Below are positions 36,814 to 46,734 of a stretch of DNA of 64,000 nt, in pieces. This DNA comes from a virus. The notes under the pieces were generated by a model. It was given only the letters and a program-made list of their open reading frames with translations, did not search any database and had not been told where the DNA came from. The position numbers and the translations under genes were made by a program. Position 1 is the stretch's first letter. Each line of letters starts with the position of its first letter. Location of the stretch: positions 1 to 64,000 of the IMG/VR virus record IMGVR_UViG_3300028027_000059; one strand, written 5' to 3'.

Positions 36814-37416
36814 TTATATTTTTGGAATAATAAATAAAAAGCCTTGATGTCTCAACGATTTCTCAAAAGTATGAGTATCTTTAAACATATCATAAATAAA
36901 TTGTGATTTAGTAACTAAACCCAATTCTTCTTGAAGTCCTGAATAAGCCCAGCCTCCAAATTCATAGTCACCTTCTTCGTATAACTTAAAATCATCAATT
37001 AAGAATACATCTTTGTCTGTATTTCTAAATTTCTTGATTGCTGTTAATTCTTGATGTAATGGAAATGCTTCATCCTTGTATGTACGGATTGATTCTTCAT
37101 AAGTCATCTTGTGAAAATCAGCTCCAGGGAAATGAGCATCTAGGAAAAAGAATACTGGTTCTTGATCTAATGTTGGAACATATTGTTCTAATGCTTTAGA
37201 AGAATAATCATTAATTAATGTTAATGGGTATCCTACAAAGCGGTTTTTAGCAGCAGCAACTAGTTCTTCATCTAAATCAACCGAATAGAATTTTTCAAAG
37301 TCAAAATTCAAAGCATGACTTAAACAAACACCTTTTCCGGTTCCTGTTTCGAAGTATGTTTTACAGTTATGTTTCTCAACATAAGGTGTTAAATCGAATA
37401 TATTAATCTCTCCCAT
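36814..37416 (-). CDS. putative methyltransferase (TylF/MycF-like?)
   Basis: FETGTGKG is a Gly-rich loop. LDAHFPGAD. Confidence 0.35.
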   Translation of the reverse strand: MGEINIFDLTPYVEKHNCKTYFETGTGKGVCLSHALNFDFEKFYSVDLDEELVAAAKNRFVGYPLTLINDYSSKALEQYVPTLDQEPVFFFLDAHFPGADFHKMTYEESIRTYKDEAFPLHQELTAIKKFRNTDKDVFLIDDFKLYEEGDYEFGGWAYSGLQEELGLVTKSQFIYDMFKDTHTFEKSLRHQGFLFIIPKI

Positions 37417-37419
37417 AAT

Positions 37420-38154
37420 TTAATTGTGGTAAACCCACTTGCTTTTAAATAAGTTTTTAATATGCATCCAGTTAGATGGAGTGTATCTTGAATACATGTT
37501 TACTCCATTTTCTAATGCTAGTTTTTCAAACAAATAACACCATGATGTATCTACAGTGTGAATTTGAAGAGCACACTGCATAATGTAGCTCCAATCAAAT
37601 AATGTAAAACCAGGTATATTATCTACTTCTACTACTTTAAGTGGGGTATTGAAGTTGATTTGTGTACAAACACCCTCTTTACCACTACCGAAGTATCTAT
37701 TAGTAACGATATAATTTTCTTCTGTCAATTCCAACAAATCGAATAAATCTCTTTCTCTTCCTTCATTACGATTGAAGTCAAAATAATCAGCCCAATCATC
37801 AAAATCCATATTGACCATCTTATATTTTGCTTCCATTACTGATCCTGGAATTTGCCAGTCAGCATGTTGAAGAGGGAGATATAAGCAATTATCTTCAATT
37901 TCAATTATATCTGAAATTGGTTGCTCGTAGACGTTTTTGTGTTTAAAATCTGATGATAACGGAATAAAGTCAACGTTTGGGGCAATTAGATAATCTTTAA
38001 CCCATATAAATTCATCTAATACAGGCCAAGTTACTCTGCAGTTGTAATGTTCAGCTAAGGTATGGGCGATCTTCTGTGTGAAGAATATATCGCCCAATCC
38101 TGCTGGTTGTTTTATTAGTATACTATCCATTAACTTGTTTATTAATCCATTCAA
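37420..38154 (-). CDS. putative glycosyltransferase (GT9-like?)
   Basis: QPAGLGD resembles the heptosyltransferase GLGD motif. Weak call. Confidence 0.25.
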   Translation of the reverse strand: MNGLINKLMDSILIKQPAGLGDIFFTQKIAHTLAEHYNCRVTWPVLDEFIWVKDYLIAPNVDFIPLSSDFKHKNVYEQPISDIIEIEDNCLYLPLQHADWQIPGSVMEAKYKMVNMDFDDWADYFDFNRNEGRERDLFDLLELTEENYIVTNRYFGSGKEGVCTQINFNTPLKVVEVDNIPGFTLFDWSYIMQCALQIHTVDTSWCYLFEKLALENGVNMYSRYTPSNWMHIKNLFKSKWVYHN

Positions 38155-39181
38155 ATGTTTGATTGATACCTTTATCTAAAGGATAATATACATCTGATCC
38201 GATTTTTTCTTTGAATAGTTTGTTATCTGAATTTCTACCTCTAACACCTACTGGACATTTAAAACCATATTTTGCTTCAAATTCTTCACCAGCAATGTTT
38301 TTGATAGTAATGTTTTTGCCTGAAGCAGCAATAGCTAATTCAGCTAATGTGTTAATAGTAACCATTTCTTCTGATCCAATATTAACTGGTCCTATAAATT
38401 CTTCTTGTCTCATTAAACGTAATACTGCATATACACACTCATCAATGTATAGGAATGAACGTGTTTGTTGACCATCACCCCATACTTCAATTGTTCCACC
38501 ATCTTCAGTTTCAGCTGCTTTACGACACATTGCTGCAGGTGCTTTTTCTTTACCACCTTTCCAAGTGCCTTGTGGTCCAAAGATATTGTGGAAACGAGCT
38601 ACACGAACATCTAATTTATAATTTCTATTAAATGCTAAGAATAAACGCTCACTAAACAGCTTTTCCCAGCCGTATTCTGAATCTGGATTTGCTGGATATG
38701 CACTTGATTCTTCACAATTTGGATTATTTGGATCCAATTGATTATGCTCAGGATACATACAAGCAGATGAGCTGTAGAATACACGTTTAGCTTTTTGCTT
38801 AACAGCCTCATGAGCAACGTTTAAGTTAACTAAAGCTGAATTATGCATTACATTTGCATCATTATCACCTGTAAAAATATAACCAGCACCACCCATATCA
38901 GCTGCTAATTGATAAACTTCATCAAATTGCAAACTTTCAGAAAATGGATAAGGTAAATACTTACAAGGTAATGGATGACCACTATATCCTTCTAGACGCA
39001 TTGCTGCTTCTACATTTTTAGGATCACGTAAATCATAAAGTAAAAAATCGTCTGCTGCTGTTTCTTCAAACTCAGGACGCTTTAAATCTACTCCACGAAC
39101 CCAAAATCCTTCTGATTTTAATCGTTTAACGAGGTGTGAGCCAATAAACCCACCTGCTCCTAATACTAGTGCTGTTTTCAT
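38123..39181 (-). CDS. GDP-mannose 3,5-epimerase (GME)
   Basis: GAGGFIGSH, LAADMGGAGYI, YSSSACMYPE, RFHNIFGPQGTWKGGKEKAPAAMCRKA and GVRGRNSDN align with plant GME nearly motif-for-motif. Confidence 0.8.
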   Translation of the reverse strand: MKTALVLGAGGFIGSHLVKRLKSEGFWVRGVDLKRPEFEETAADDFLLYDLRDPKNVEAAMRLEGYSGHPLPCKYLPYPFSESLQFDEVYQLAADMGGAGYIFTGDNDANVMHNSALVNLNVAHEAVKQKAKRVFYSSSACMYPEHNQLDPNNPNCEESSAYPANPDSEYGWEKLFSERLFLAFNRNYKLDVRVARFHNIFGPQGTWKGGKEKAPAAMCRKAAETEDGGTIEVWGDGQQTRSFLYIDECVYAVLRLMRQEEFIGPVNIGSEEMVTINTLAELAIAASGKNITIKNIAGEEFEAKYGFKCPVGVRGRNSDNKLFKEKIGSDVYYPLDKGINQTFEWINKQVNG

Positions 39182-39801
39182 ATTGTACTATAATAATTGT
39201 TTTGTTTTTCTTGTCTTTCAATTGTTTTAGGGTGTATTAACTCTAAATCATATCCTGTAGGAAGAAATGATACATTTGCATTGAATCCATCATCTCCTAA
39301 TATTCGTTCATGTACTTTACCTACCCACTTAAATTGTGGAATATTCTTACATAATCTAACTTGGTAATCAGGATAATTAACCCATCCCTTTTCATCTACT
39401 TTCCATCCCCATTTTTGAATATGTTCTTGAGTTAATCCTTCAACTGTGTTAATTCGAGGTACTGCGTATATGTCTATTACAGGATTTGCCTCTAATATGT
39501 CTGATAGATTTAATAGGAGGACATCTGATAAGTATTCATCAGCATCAATTTGGAATATATAATCTCTGGTACATAAACCTTTAAGATTATTTTTAAATGT
39601 AGCGAAATCATTATTTAACGGATGGAAATAATTCATCAACTTGTACTTATTGACTACTGCTTTAACCTCATCGGTAGCAGTAATATCCATCTGTACTACG
39701 ATTTCATCTTCAGGACGAATATGTTCTGTAAGTTGACTTAATAATCTATCTAATTCAACATGCTCATTATGAGCTGTGATTGCATAACTGATTGAGGGCA
39801 T
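39178..39801 (-). CDS. glycosyltransferase family 2
   Basis: ISYAITAHNE and FQIDADE (DxD). Confidence 0.6.
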   Translation of the reverse strand: MPSISYAITAHNEHVELDRLLSQLTEHIRPEDEIVVQMDITATDEVKAVVNKYKLMNYFHPLNNDFATFKNNLKGLCTRDYIFQIDADEYLSDVLLLNLSDILEANPVIDIYAVPRINTVEGLTQEHIQKWGWKVDEKGWVNYPDYQVRLCKNIPQFKWVGKVHERILGDDGFNANVSFLPTGYDLELIHPKTIERQEKQNNYYSTI

Positions 39802-39804
39802 AAC

Positions 39805-40197
39805 TTATTTTTGTTTAAAATAACCTATATATTCTAGAGCATCCATAAATCCATTTTGCTCATATTCTTTTTTAGTAGACATATCTGCCTTACCTTCTTT
39901 AGCTTGTACTGCTGACCATTTCCAGTTTTCAATTGAAGACCCTTCAGCAAATACCATTGATTTATCTTCTAACATTACACTGTTTGGGTACCAATACTTA
40001 CCATCAACATCCTTAAATCTAAGGGCTTTATACAATTCAGGTAAAGTACCTTCCATTTCAATATAATTCTTATCGGTAATTGTAGTATTAGATGTAAACC
40101 CACATCCCATACAAATCCATATTGTAACGACACCATTGGTCATTTCGCTACAAGCGTTACCACTACATTTAGGACATATTACTAATTTTTCTTCCAT
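39805..40197 (-). CDS. zinc-ribbon protein
   Basis: CPKCSGNAC...CMGCG. Confidence 0.4.
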   Translation of the reverse strand: MEEKLVICPKCSGNACSEMTNGVVTIWICMGCGFTSNTTITDKNYIEMEGTLPELYKALRFKDVDGKYWYPNSVMLEDKSMVFAEGSSIENWKWSAVQAKEGKADMSTKKEYEQNGFMDALEYIGYFKQK

Positions 40198-40198
40198 T

Positions 40199-41479
40199 TT
40201 ACTTTATTTTAGGTAGTTCGATTTTCTTTAATTGTGGTAGTTTAAATTCTACTGGTTTAGGTACTTTACTATCTAATATTGATAATAATTTCTCACCCAT
40301 TTTTTCTAAACTAAATTCAGTACGTGAACGATACGATTGTTTCTTTGCATTATCAATATATTTGTTATAATTCTTATAAACATCTACTAATACTTTAGAT
40401 GCACGTTCATAGTTAACTGTAAACCAAGCGCTTTCAGGAATTAACATATCTTGTACTACTGCTGAACCATGAATTTGTTTTAATTCACCAGGTAGCATTA
40501 TTGATAATTCTTTATCAAGAAAATCTAAATGACCACTATAAGCACTAGCAATTACTGGTTTGCCTGTAATTGATGCTTCAAGTAATGGGCGTCCATATCC
40601 TTCACCTTTAGTAAATGAAACAAATGCTTTTACTTTAGGATGGTTATTTAATTCATTAATTTCTTCATCACTTAATTCACCATGTACTAAATAAACACTT
40701 GGTAAATCACCACCTACTTCTTCTTGAATTTTTCTAATTTTATCTAATATCTCTTCTCTATCCATTACAGATGGGGTAGCAGATTGTGTTTTTAGTACTA
40801 ATGCAGGGCGTGGTTTTTTACCTTTAAACGTTTCAAGGAATGTTTTAATTAACATGCCTACATCTTTTCTATCTTGTCCAGTTTCACCTTGTAACCAATG
40901 ACCTACAAATAAATAACAGAACTCTTCATTAATACCATCTAATACTTCTTTTACATCAGTACTAAGTGTATCTAATCTTTTATAGATATCTAAATTAGCA
41001 CCTTCAAATAATACTTCTACTGGTGATTTTAATTCAATAATACCTTCTACTTGTTGTGTTTGTTGATTACGTCTTTCAAACTTAGATTCTTGGAATACTT
41101 TTTTAGCATGTTCTGAAGATACTAGGTTTAAATTCATTCTATTACAACCTTCAATCCATTGTGGAGCACATACTGTAGTTTCAATACCAGCAGTAATACC
41201 AATATTAAATTTGCCTACAGTTTGAAACTCATTTGGTACAGTAATCTGAATCCAAACATCTGGTTGTTTGGGCATTTGTTGAATAAAACAATCTTTAATT
41301 AACTTATGATCAGGGTTCTCATTTTGTAAGAATCCCCAAGGTGTACTACCCCATCTTTGAGGTAATATTTTTACATCGTAATTACCTGATTTAATTAAGG
41401 GTAATACTATATCTCTACTTCTTGCTCCATAACCTGAATATGTGTCAGCTGGGCAGCTTATAACTACTAGTGGTTTCAT
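40199..41479 (-). CDS. glycosyltransferase family 4 (GT-B)
   Basis: FVSFTKGEGYGRPLLEASITGKPVIAS is an EX7E motif. Confidence 0.6.
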   Translation of the reverse strand: MKPLVVISCPADTYSGYGARSRDIVLPLIKSGNYDVKILPQRWGSTPWGFLQNENPDHKLIKDCFIQQMPKQPDVWIQITVPNEFQTVGKFNIGITAGIETTVCAPQWIEGCNRMNLNLVSSEHAKKVFQESKFERRNQQTQQVEGIIELKSPVEVLFEGANLDIYKRLDTLSTDVKEVLDGINEEFCYLFVGHWLQGETGQDRKDVGMLIKTFLETFKGKKPRPALVLKTQSATPSVMDREEILDKIRKIQEEVGGDLPSVYLVHGELSDEEINELNNHPKVKAFVSFTKGEGYGRPLLEASITGKPVIASAYSGHLDFLDKELSIMLPGELKQIHGSAVVQDMLIPESAWFTVNYERASKVLVDVYKNYNKYIDNAKKQSYRSRTEFSLEKMGEKLLSILDSKVPKPVEFKLPQLKKIELPKIK

Positions 41480-41480
41480 A

Positions 41481-42935
41481 TTATTGTGCGATAACGTGTT
41501 TTACAAAATGTTTTGGATTCTCTAAGGGTTCTACCTTAATTAGCTCAAATGCATATCTAGGTTCCCATTTAGCGAATGTTTCTTCAATACCATCCATTAT
41601 ATTTTTAGACATTGCTGTTGATGTCATCATTGCTTCTTCTGAAGTAACCCATTTATAGGCAGCTTGGCATTGTTCATTATATACTTCTGGAGTTTCTGTT
41701 TTAGTTTTATACAATGCTGTTATTTGATCAGCAATATGAAATGGCTCAGCTCTGTCATCAAAAATATAAGGTGTTGGAATAGAACCTACAATTGATAAGT
41801 TTGAAGGGAATACGGGGTAGGCCCATTTACCGTGTTTTTTATATTTACCTCTATGGTTAGATCCGAATTCTTCAGTAAACTTAATCCACTCACCATTTTC
41901 ATCTTCAAAACGCATTTGGTCTTGCATACCACCTGTTACAGTAGCTATAATAGGTTTACCACACATCATTGCTTCTGTTAATGATAATCCCCAACCTTCA
42001 TTACTACTAATTAAAGCGGTTGCATCACAAGCATTATAAAGCAAATTCATAATGTTTGCTGGGTATCTACCTTCATCGAAGATAATGTTACCACCTTCTC
42101 TACCAAACAACATTTGTTGTACTGCTGGTAAGTCAGTTCCATTATCATCTAATCTTTGAGTATGCATTACTAAAGCACATTTATCTCTTTTATCTTCTGG
42201 GAGTTGATCACGGAATATCTTCCATGCTAACATTAAATCAGGAACGGATTTACGACGGATGTTACGCGCGTTATATAATAGAGTAAAATCATAAGTTTTT
42301 TCTCCAAATAAGCGCTTTTTAAATTCTTGTACAGCCAAGTACTCTGGGTGTTCTTGGGAGACAGGGAAGAATAGTTTTTCATTGATTCCATGGGGAACAT
42401 ATTTAATTACTTTTTCTGAAGCAACATCACCTAATACTGCTCGGTTAATGTTTTCTGTTTGTTTACTAATAGCTAATAAACAATCACATGATTCATAGTA
42501 TGGTTTATTATACATTGGATAAGGTAAATCATCCCAAATGTTTAAGTAAATTAATGGAATTTGTTTTCTAATCTCATGTTCCATCTGAAATAACCAAATC
42601 CAATATCTAGGATCTGTAAAGATCATAATTGCATCTGGTTTTTCAATTTCCATCATTTGTCTAATTAGCTCAGGAGAACCATAACCATCAATAGGATAAA
42701 GGTAAACACTCGCATCCGTAATACCAGCATGTTGGTTGGTATCATGGTTTAAATCGAATCTTTTACCTTTGTCTGGGTGTTGAATAGCACCTCCAATGTT
42801 TACCCAATTGTATTTATGGGCAGTACCTATAACGATTTCTCTAGCCATAGTGGAAATACCACTAGTCATTCGAATATCATCACATAATAATAGGATTTTT
42901 TTACGTTTCTCCTGCGGGATATAACCTTCTTTCAT
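41481..42935 (-). CDS. glycosyltransferase family 4 (GT-B)
   Basis: ISSNEGWGLSLTEAMMCGKPIIAT. Confidence 0.6.
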   Translation of the reverse strand: MKEGYIPQEKRKKILLLCDDIRMTSGISTMAREIVIGTAHKYNWVNIGGAIQHPDKGKRFDLNHDTNQHAGITDASVYLYPIDGYGSPELIRQMMEIEKPDAIMIFTDPRYWIWLFQMEHEIRKQIPLIYLNIWDDLPYPMYNKPYYESCDCLLAISKQTENINRAVLGDVASEKVIKYVPHGINEKLFFPVSQEHPEYLAVQEFKKRLFGEKTYDFTLLYNARNIRRKSVPDLMLAWKIFRDQLPEDKRDKCALVMHTQRLDDNGTDLPAVQQMLFGREGGNIIFDEGRYPANIMNLLYNACDATALISSNEGWGLSLTEAMMCGKPIIATVTGGMQDQMRFEDENGEWIKFTEEFGSNHRGKYKKHGKWAYPVFPSNLSIVGSIPTPYIFDDRAEPFHIADQITALYKTKTETPEVYNEQCQAAYKWVTSEEAMMTSTAMSKNIMDGIEETFAKWEPRYAFELIKVEPLENPKHFVKHVIAQ

Positions 42936-42942
42936 AACGTTT

Positions 42943-43143
42943 TTACTCGGTTTCTTTTGGTAATGTTGTGTCTAATTGATTGTGAATTTGTTTTCTAAAT
43001 TCATCGCTTGTCAGGTATAAGAACATTGTACGCTCAGTTAATTTTTGAACGCTAAATTTGTACTTAACACAGGCAATCTTGAATTGTTCAAACAAATCCT
43101 CAGGGATCTTCACACTTGTTAGTTGCATGTTTGATTTTGCCAT
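42943..43143 (-). CDS. hypothetical protein
   Basis: 66 aa with the promoter-like motif upstream. Confidence 0.35.
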   Translation of the reverse strand: MAKSNMQLTSVKIPEDLFEQFKIACVKYKFSVQKLTERTMFLYLTSDEFRKQIHNQLDTTLPKETE

Positions 43144-43161
43144 AATATTATATTTTGATAT

Positions 43162-43174
43162 AAATATATACGAC
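43162..43174 (-). promoter_or_regulatory. conserved promoter-like motif
   Basis: Minus sense GTCGTATATATTT, upstream of ATG 43143. Confidence 0.35.
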
Positions 43175-44118
43175 TACATAGAACCTGCAACTTTATCGCA
43201 AAGATCTGGTGAATCTTTGTAGGGGCACCATTTACAGCTGCTTTCACCTACATTTTTAAGGTACGACTTTATTTGTGGTTTACCACTATCGTCGAAACAA
43301 TCCTTAATAAATGATTGAAAATTTTCTACTGCTTGTTTACGCTTATTTTTCCCACTTGCTGGTTTGAAGGATTGGGTTCTGGGGATAGCATATTCGGATT
43401 GTTCCCAGATTTTTCGTTTAACGATGAAGTACTCGACTTCAATTTTCTCAACATCGAACCCAAATTGTTTTGAAAAGTACTCCTTGTATAGTAGGATTTG
43501 AGCAATTTTACTATCGTCTCTCTTTTCGGAGTCGCTCCATCCTCTTGTTGATGTTTTGATATCATATATATAAACTTTATCTAATTCTTCATCATACAAC
43601 ACAAAGTCAATAAATCCTTTTAAAAATACGTTATTAGCTACATTTAGTAATAGAGGTATCTCTATACCTAGTAAGCGCATTTTACGTATAGTAAATAATT
43701 TATTTCTATTTTTCTTAATAAAGTGAAGTATTGCTAAGGCATCTTCAAAAAATTCACCCATTTCTACAGGAGAACTAAAATGGTTACCTACTTTTTTATA
43801 CTCTTCAGCATATATAGTAGAAAATTTAGATTGAAATATATCAACTAAATCCATAGCATCAGCAGCAGTACCACTCACTTCATACATTGTACTAATGTAT
43901 GCTTGCAATGTTTCGTGAAACGCTGTACCAAATACAGTATGAATACTAGCTTGGTATGGTTGTTTGTTCTCTACATAGGTAAGATACCATTTGTGAGGAC
44001 ACGACGCCCACATAGAAAACTGAGAATAAGACACGCTTCTTTGGAATGCATGGTTAATCTCAGGTTTCTGATAATTTTTTATTTTAAGCTCTATCTCAGT
44101 AGATTTTCTTTTCGCCAC
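43174..44118 (-). CDS. PD-(D/E)xK nuclease of the Cas4/RecB family with an Fe-S Cys cluster
   Basis: N-terminal Cys (ASCPHKWYL) plus C-terminal CKWCPYKDSPDLC. IDFVLYDEELDKVYIYDIKTS is a D..E..K motif. Confidence 0.6.
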   Translation of the reverse strand: MAKRKSTEIELKIKNYQKPEINHAFQRSVSYSQFSMWASCPHKWYLTYVENKQPYQASIHTVFGTAFHETLQAYISTMYEVSGTAADAMDLVDIFQSKFSTIYAEEYKKVGNHFSSPVEMGEFFEDALAILHFIKKNRNKLFTIRKMRLLGIEIPLLLNVANNVFLKGFIDFVLYDEELDKVYIYDIKTSTRGWSDSEKRDDSKIAQILLYKEYFSKQFGFDVEKIEVEYFIVKRKIWEQSEYAIPRTQSFKPASGKNKRKQAVENFQSFIKDCFDDSGKPQIKSYLKNVGESSCKWCPYKDSPDLCDKVAGSM

Positions 44119-44416
44119 TTTGGATTGTTATTTGTTTAATTTTTTCTAAATACAGAATAGCGTCCATATGCTCTTGTTTAGCATGTTCAATCCATTCCAG
44201 TAATGATAAATCATCACGATCAAGATCAACACCGTATTTTGCCTTACCCATTTTAGCTCGTGATGTAAACTGTTCTATAATAGATGTAACTACTGAATCT
44301 AATTGTTGTTCTTTTTCTAGTTCTTCTCTCATGTGTTGTTGGTTTTTTTCTTGTTCACACATAAAGCAATAACCCTCTTGATTAGTTGCCCAGGGATGTT
44401 TACTACACTTTTCCAT
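44096..44416 (-). CDS. hypothetical protein (CxxC)
   Basis: 106-aa ORF. Confidence 0.35.
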   Translation of the reverse strand: MEKCSKHPWATNQEGYCFMCEQEKNQQHMREELEKEQQLDSVVTSIIEQFTSRAKMGKAKYGVDLDRDDLSLLEWIEHAKQEHMDAILYLEKIKQITIQSGEKKIY

Positions 44417-44780
44417 TAATTTGTGATATTATATTTTTTAGTTCATCTTTAGGTAACATATCAATATATTGTTTAGCTTCTTTTTTACTAACTTCAAAGT
44501 ATGTAACTACCGCTTCTACATCACTAGCATCATATTCGTTCTTTTTAGATGATTTGATGTATTTAAGATACTTGTATTGCTTAGGTATAAGATCCTTATA
44601 TAGGTTGTATAGGTACTCACCCTTCATTTGCCAAGTATTCTTCTGAACTATATTTACTACTTCACAGTAGTCTTGATCCATACTTAAAAAACGATTGATC
44701 ATCCAATTATTCCAACCTTCGTCTCCTAAGTAAGCACCCTTATTAGTAGTGATATTTTTAATATGATCAAATATATTCAT
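44403..44780 (-). CDS. hypothetical protein
   Basis: 125-aa ORF. Confidence 0.4.
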   Translation of the reverse strand: MNIFDHIKNITTNKGAYLGDEGWNNWMINRFLSMDQDYCEVVNIVQKNTWQMKGEYLYNLYKDLIPKQYKYLKYIKSSKKNEYDASDVEAVVTYFEVSKKEAKQYIDMLPKDELKNIISQINGKV

Positions 44781-45025
44781 TAGTAGTATCTTGAGTTGTT
44801 ATCGGTTCTGCTAAAATCACCTATTGTTATATTAAGTAATTTTATTTGAGTCTCATAATCTTTTATTAGATTAGTTAAATCATCTTTTTCACGTAATAAT
44901 AAAGAATTATTAGCCTGAACAACACGAATTGATTTTTCTAGATGTTTATTTTTTTCTGTTAATTCTTTTATAACAGTATTCAGACGTTCTATTTCACGTT
45001 TTTTCTTATTTAAGAAGCTAAACAT
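44780..45025 (-). CDS. hypothetical coiled-coil protein
   Basis: 81-aa ORF. Confidence 0.35.
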   Translation of the reverse strand: MFSFLNKKKREIERLNTVIKELTEKNKHLEKSIRVVQANNSLLLREKDDLTNLIKDYETQIKLLNITIGDFSRTDNNSRYY

Positions 45026-45028
45026 AAA

Positions 45029-45328
45029 TTAAAATTGAATAATTTTGCCACCACTATCGTTTGTTGGTTCTTCTTCAATCACTTCAATAAATTCATTTTT
45101 AGATTGATTTTTTAATTGAATAGGCATAAATTCATCATTTACATGACCACATTTAGTACAAGCAAATACTTGAATAGGAATTAAAGCATCCTGTGGTGAA
45201 CCAGTTAATAAACGAGATGCTTTTCTAAGCAAGAATGATTGATTAAAGGTTTGGTTATCACACTTCTCACATTTAAGAGCTTGTGTTTGATCTAAACTAA
45301 TGTTTAGGTTAAAATCTTGTTGATTCAT
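45029..45328 (-). CDS. zinc-ribbon protein
   Basis: CEKCDN...CTKCGH. Confidence 0.4.
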   Translation of the reverse strand: MNQQDFNLNISLDQTQALKCEKCDNQTFNQSFLLRKASRLLTGSPQDALIPIQVFACTKCGHVNDEFMPIQLKNQSKNEFIEVIEEEPTNDSGGKIIQF

Positions 45329-45344
45329 TATTATTTTATTTTAT

Positions 45345-45839
45345 TTAGTCTACTATTTCGGTTACATTAACAGGAACAGCATTTGTTTGATTAAATCTGC
45401 CTTGTACATCATAAGAACCCAAAGTCATATTTTCAACATGCTTTCTATATACTGGGCTTCTAAATACTGTTTCAACTAATTTAGTACTAACATCAGCTCT
45501 TTTTTGAGATTCTTCTAGTTTTAATTTAAGCATTTCTACTTCTAAATTTCTTTCTCTTTCTTCTAATTTAGACCATTCTGCTTTTAGTTGTTGCTCTGAG
45601 TAGGTATGTTGGCGTTCTTTTTCTAGTTTTTCTTTAAAATTACTAATATCTTTGTTTGCTTCAGATAATACTCTATTTAAATAATCAACTTCAGCCTCTA
45701 ATTTATCGGCCTTATTTAATCTTTCTTTAAGTACATCACCAACATGCTGTGGTAAATTTTTGGAAATAATGTCTTTAATTTCTTGTTCCATAACTATAAT
45801 ATTTGTTTTTTGTTTGTTTCTAACACTTTGGCTATACAA
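45345..45839 (-). CDS. hypothetical coiled-coil protein
   Basis: 164-aa ORF. Confidence 0.4.
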   Translation of the reverse strand: MYSQSVRNKQKTNIIVMEQEIKDIISKNLPQHVGDVLKERLNKADKLEAEVDYLNRVLSEANKDISNFKEKLEKERQHTYSEQQLKAEWSKLEERERNLEVEMLKLKLEESQKRADVSTKLVETVFRSPVYRKHVENMTLGSYDVQGRFNQTNAVPVNVTEIVD

Positions 45840-46714
45840 GCAGCGAAATTAATTTCTTTGTCAGGTACTACACCTGCTCTCCAGATGAAATCATCTAATA
45901 TAACCGATAATTGAGCATCGTTTCCGTAACTGAATTCAGTTAAATGATCAAACATATAGCGATAAGCGGTTTGAAAATCATCTACTTGCGCGTCTGCTAC
46001 TAATTGTCGTACTTGGTACCAAGCGTTTTTATCGCGCTTAATCAGTATTTGAACTAACTGTTTAGTCCAATCATCATCAATAGTATCAACAACTAATTTA
46101 CCATTTTTAGAGAACTGTTGTAATGTTTTAAGTATAGAACGTACATCAGGGTAAAACGTATTAATAACCTGAGCTACATCTTTCATATCATACGTAACAT
46201 TCTCAATATCAAGAACATTAAGACATAAATGTTTAGCAACAGCACCTTTAGTTGGTGGTTTTAACATATGTAATTCACAACGTGATTGAAGTGGTTCAAT
46301 TAAACGCTCTACATAATTACAAGTCAATATAAAACGAGTATACGCTGAATATTCCTCAATTAAATTACGTAATGCTGCTTGAGCAGGTTGAGTTAAGAAA
46401 TCAGCCTCATCTAATATAACAACCTTAAGTGGTTGGAAAGATGCTGTAGAAGCAAACCCTTTAACTTTATCTCTAATAGTATCAATTCCATTCTCATCGC
46501 TGGCGTTAATATAAAGATAATCACATTGGATGTTCTTGACAATCAACTTCGCGAGGGTAGTTTTTCCTGTGCCTGCGCTACCAGCAAATAAGAGATGGGG
46601 TATATCGTTATTAGCAATACAATCGGCGATGCGAGCTTTAATCGCATCATTGCCGATGTATTGTTCTAATGTTTCTGATCTGTATTTTTCAATCCAAAGA
46701 GTGTGTTGTTTCAT
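45794..46714 (-). CDS. clamp loader ATPase (RFC small subunit / T4 gp44-like)
   Basis: WIEKYRS, GSAGTGKTT, ILDEAD and SRC motifs. Confidence 0.8.
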   Translation of the reverse strand: MKQHTLWIEKYRSETLEQYIGNDAIKARIADCIANNDIPHLLFAGSAGTGKTTLAKLIVKNIQCDYLYINASDENGIDTIRDKVKGFASTASFQPLKVVILDEADFLTQPAQAALRNLIEEYSAYTRFILTCNYVERLIEPLQSRCELHMLKPPTKGAVAKHLCLNVLDIENVTYDMKDVAQVINTFYPDVRSILKTLQQFSKNGKLVVDTIDDDWTKQLVQILIKRDKNAWYQVRQLVADAQVDDFQTAYRYMFDHLTEFSYGNDAQLSVILDDFIWRAGVVPDKEINFAACIAKVLETNKKQIL

Positions 46715-46734
46715 AACCTTATATTTTTATCAAA

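Noticed and set aside
38635-38817. 60-aa ORF inside and antisense-overlapping the GME gene
   Set aside because: It is fully nested in a strongly supported enzyme gene, in a different frame, with no independent signal.
43326-44139. ORFs 43326..43565 (-) and 43903..44139 (+) overlapping the Cas4-like nuclease gene
   Set aside because: Both are nested in or antisense to a gene with clear PD-(D/E)xK and Fe-S motifs. They have a low-complexity, basic composition.
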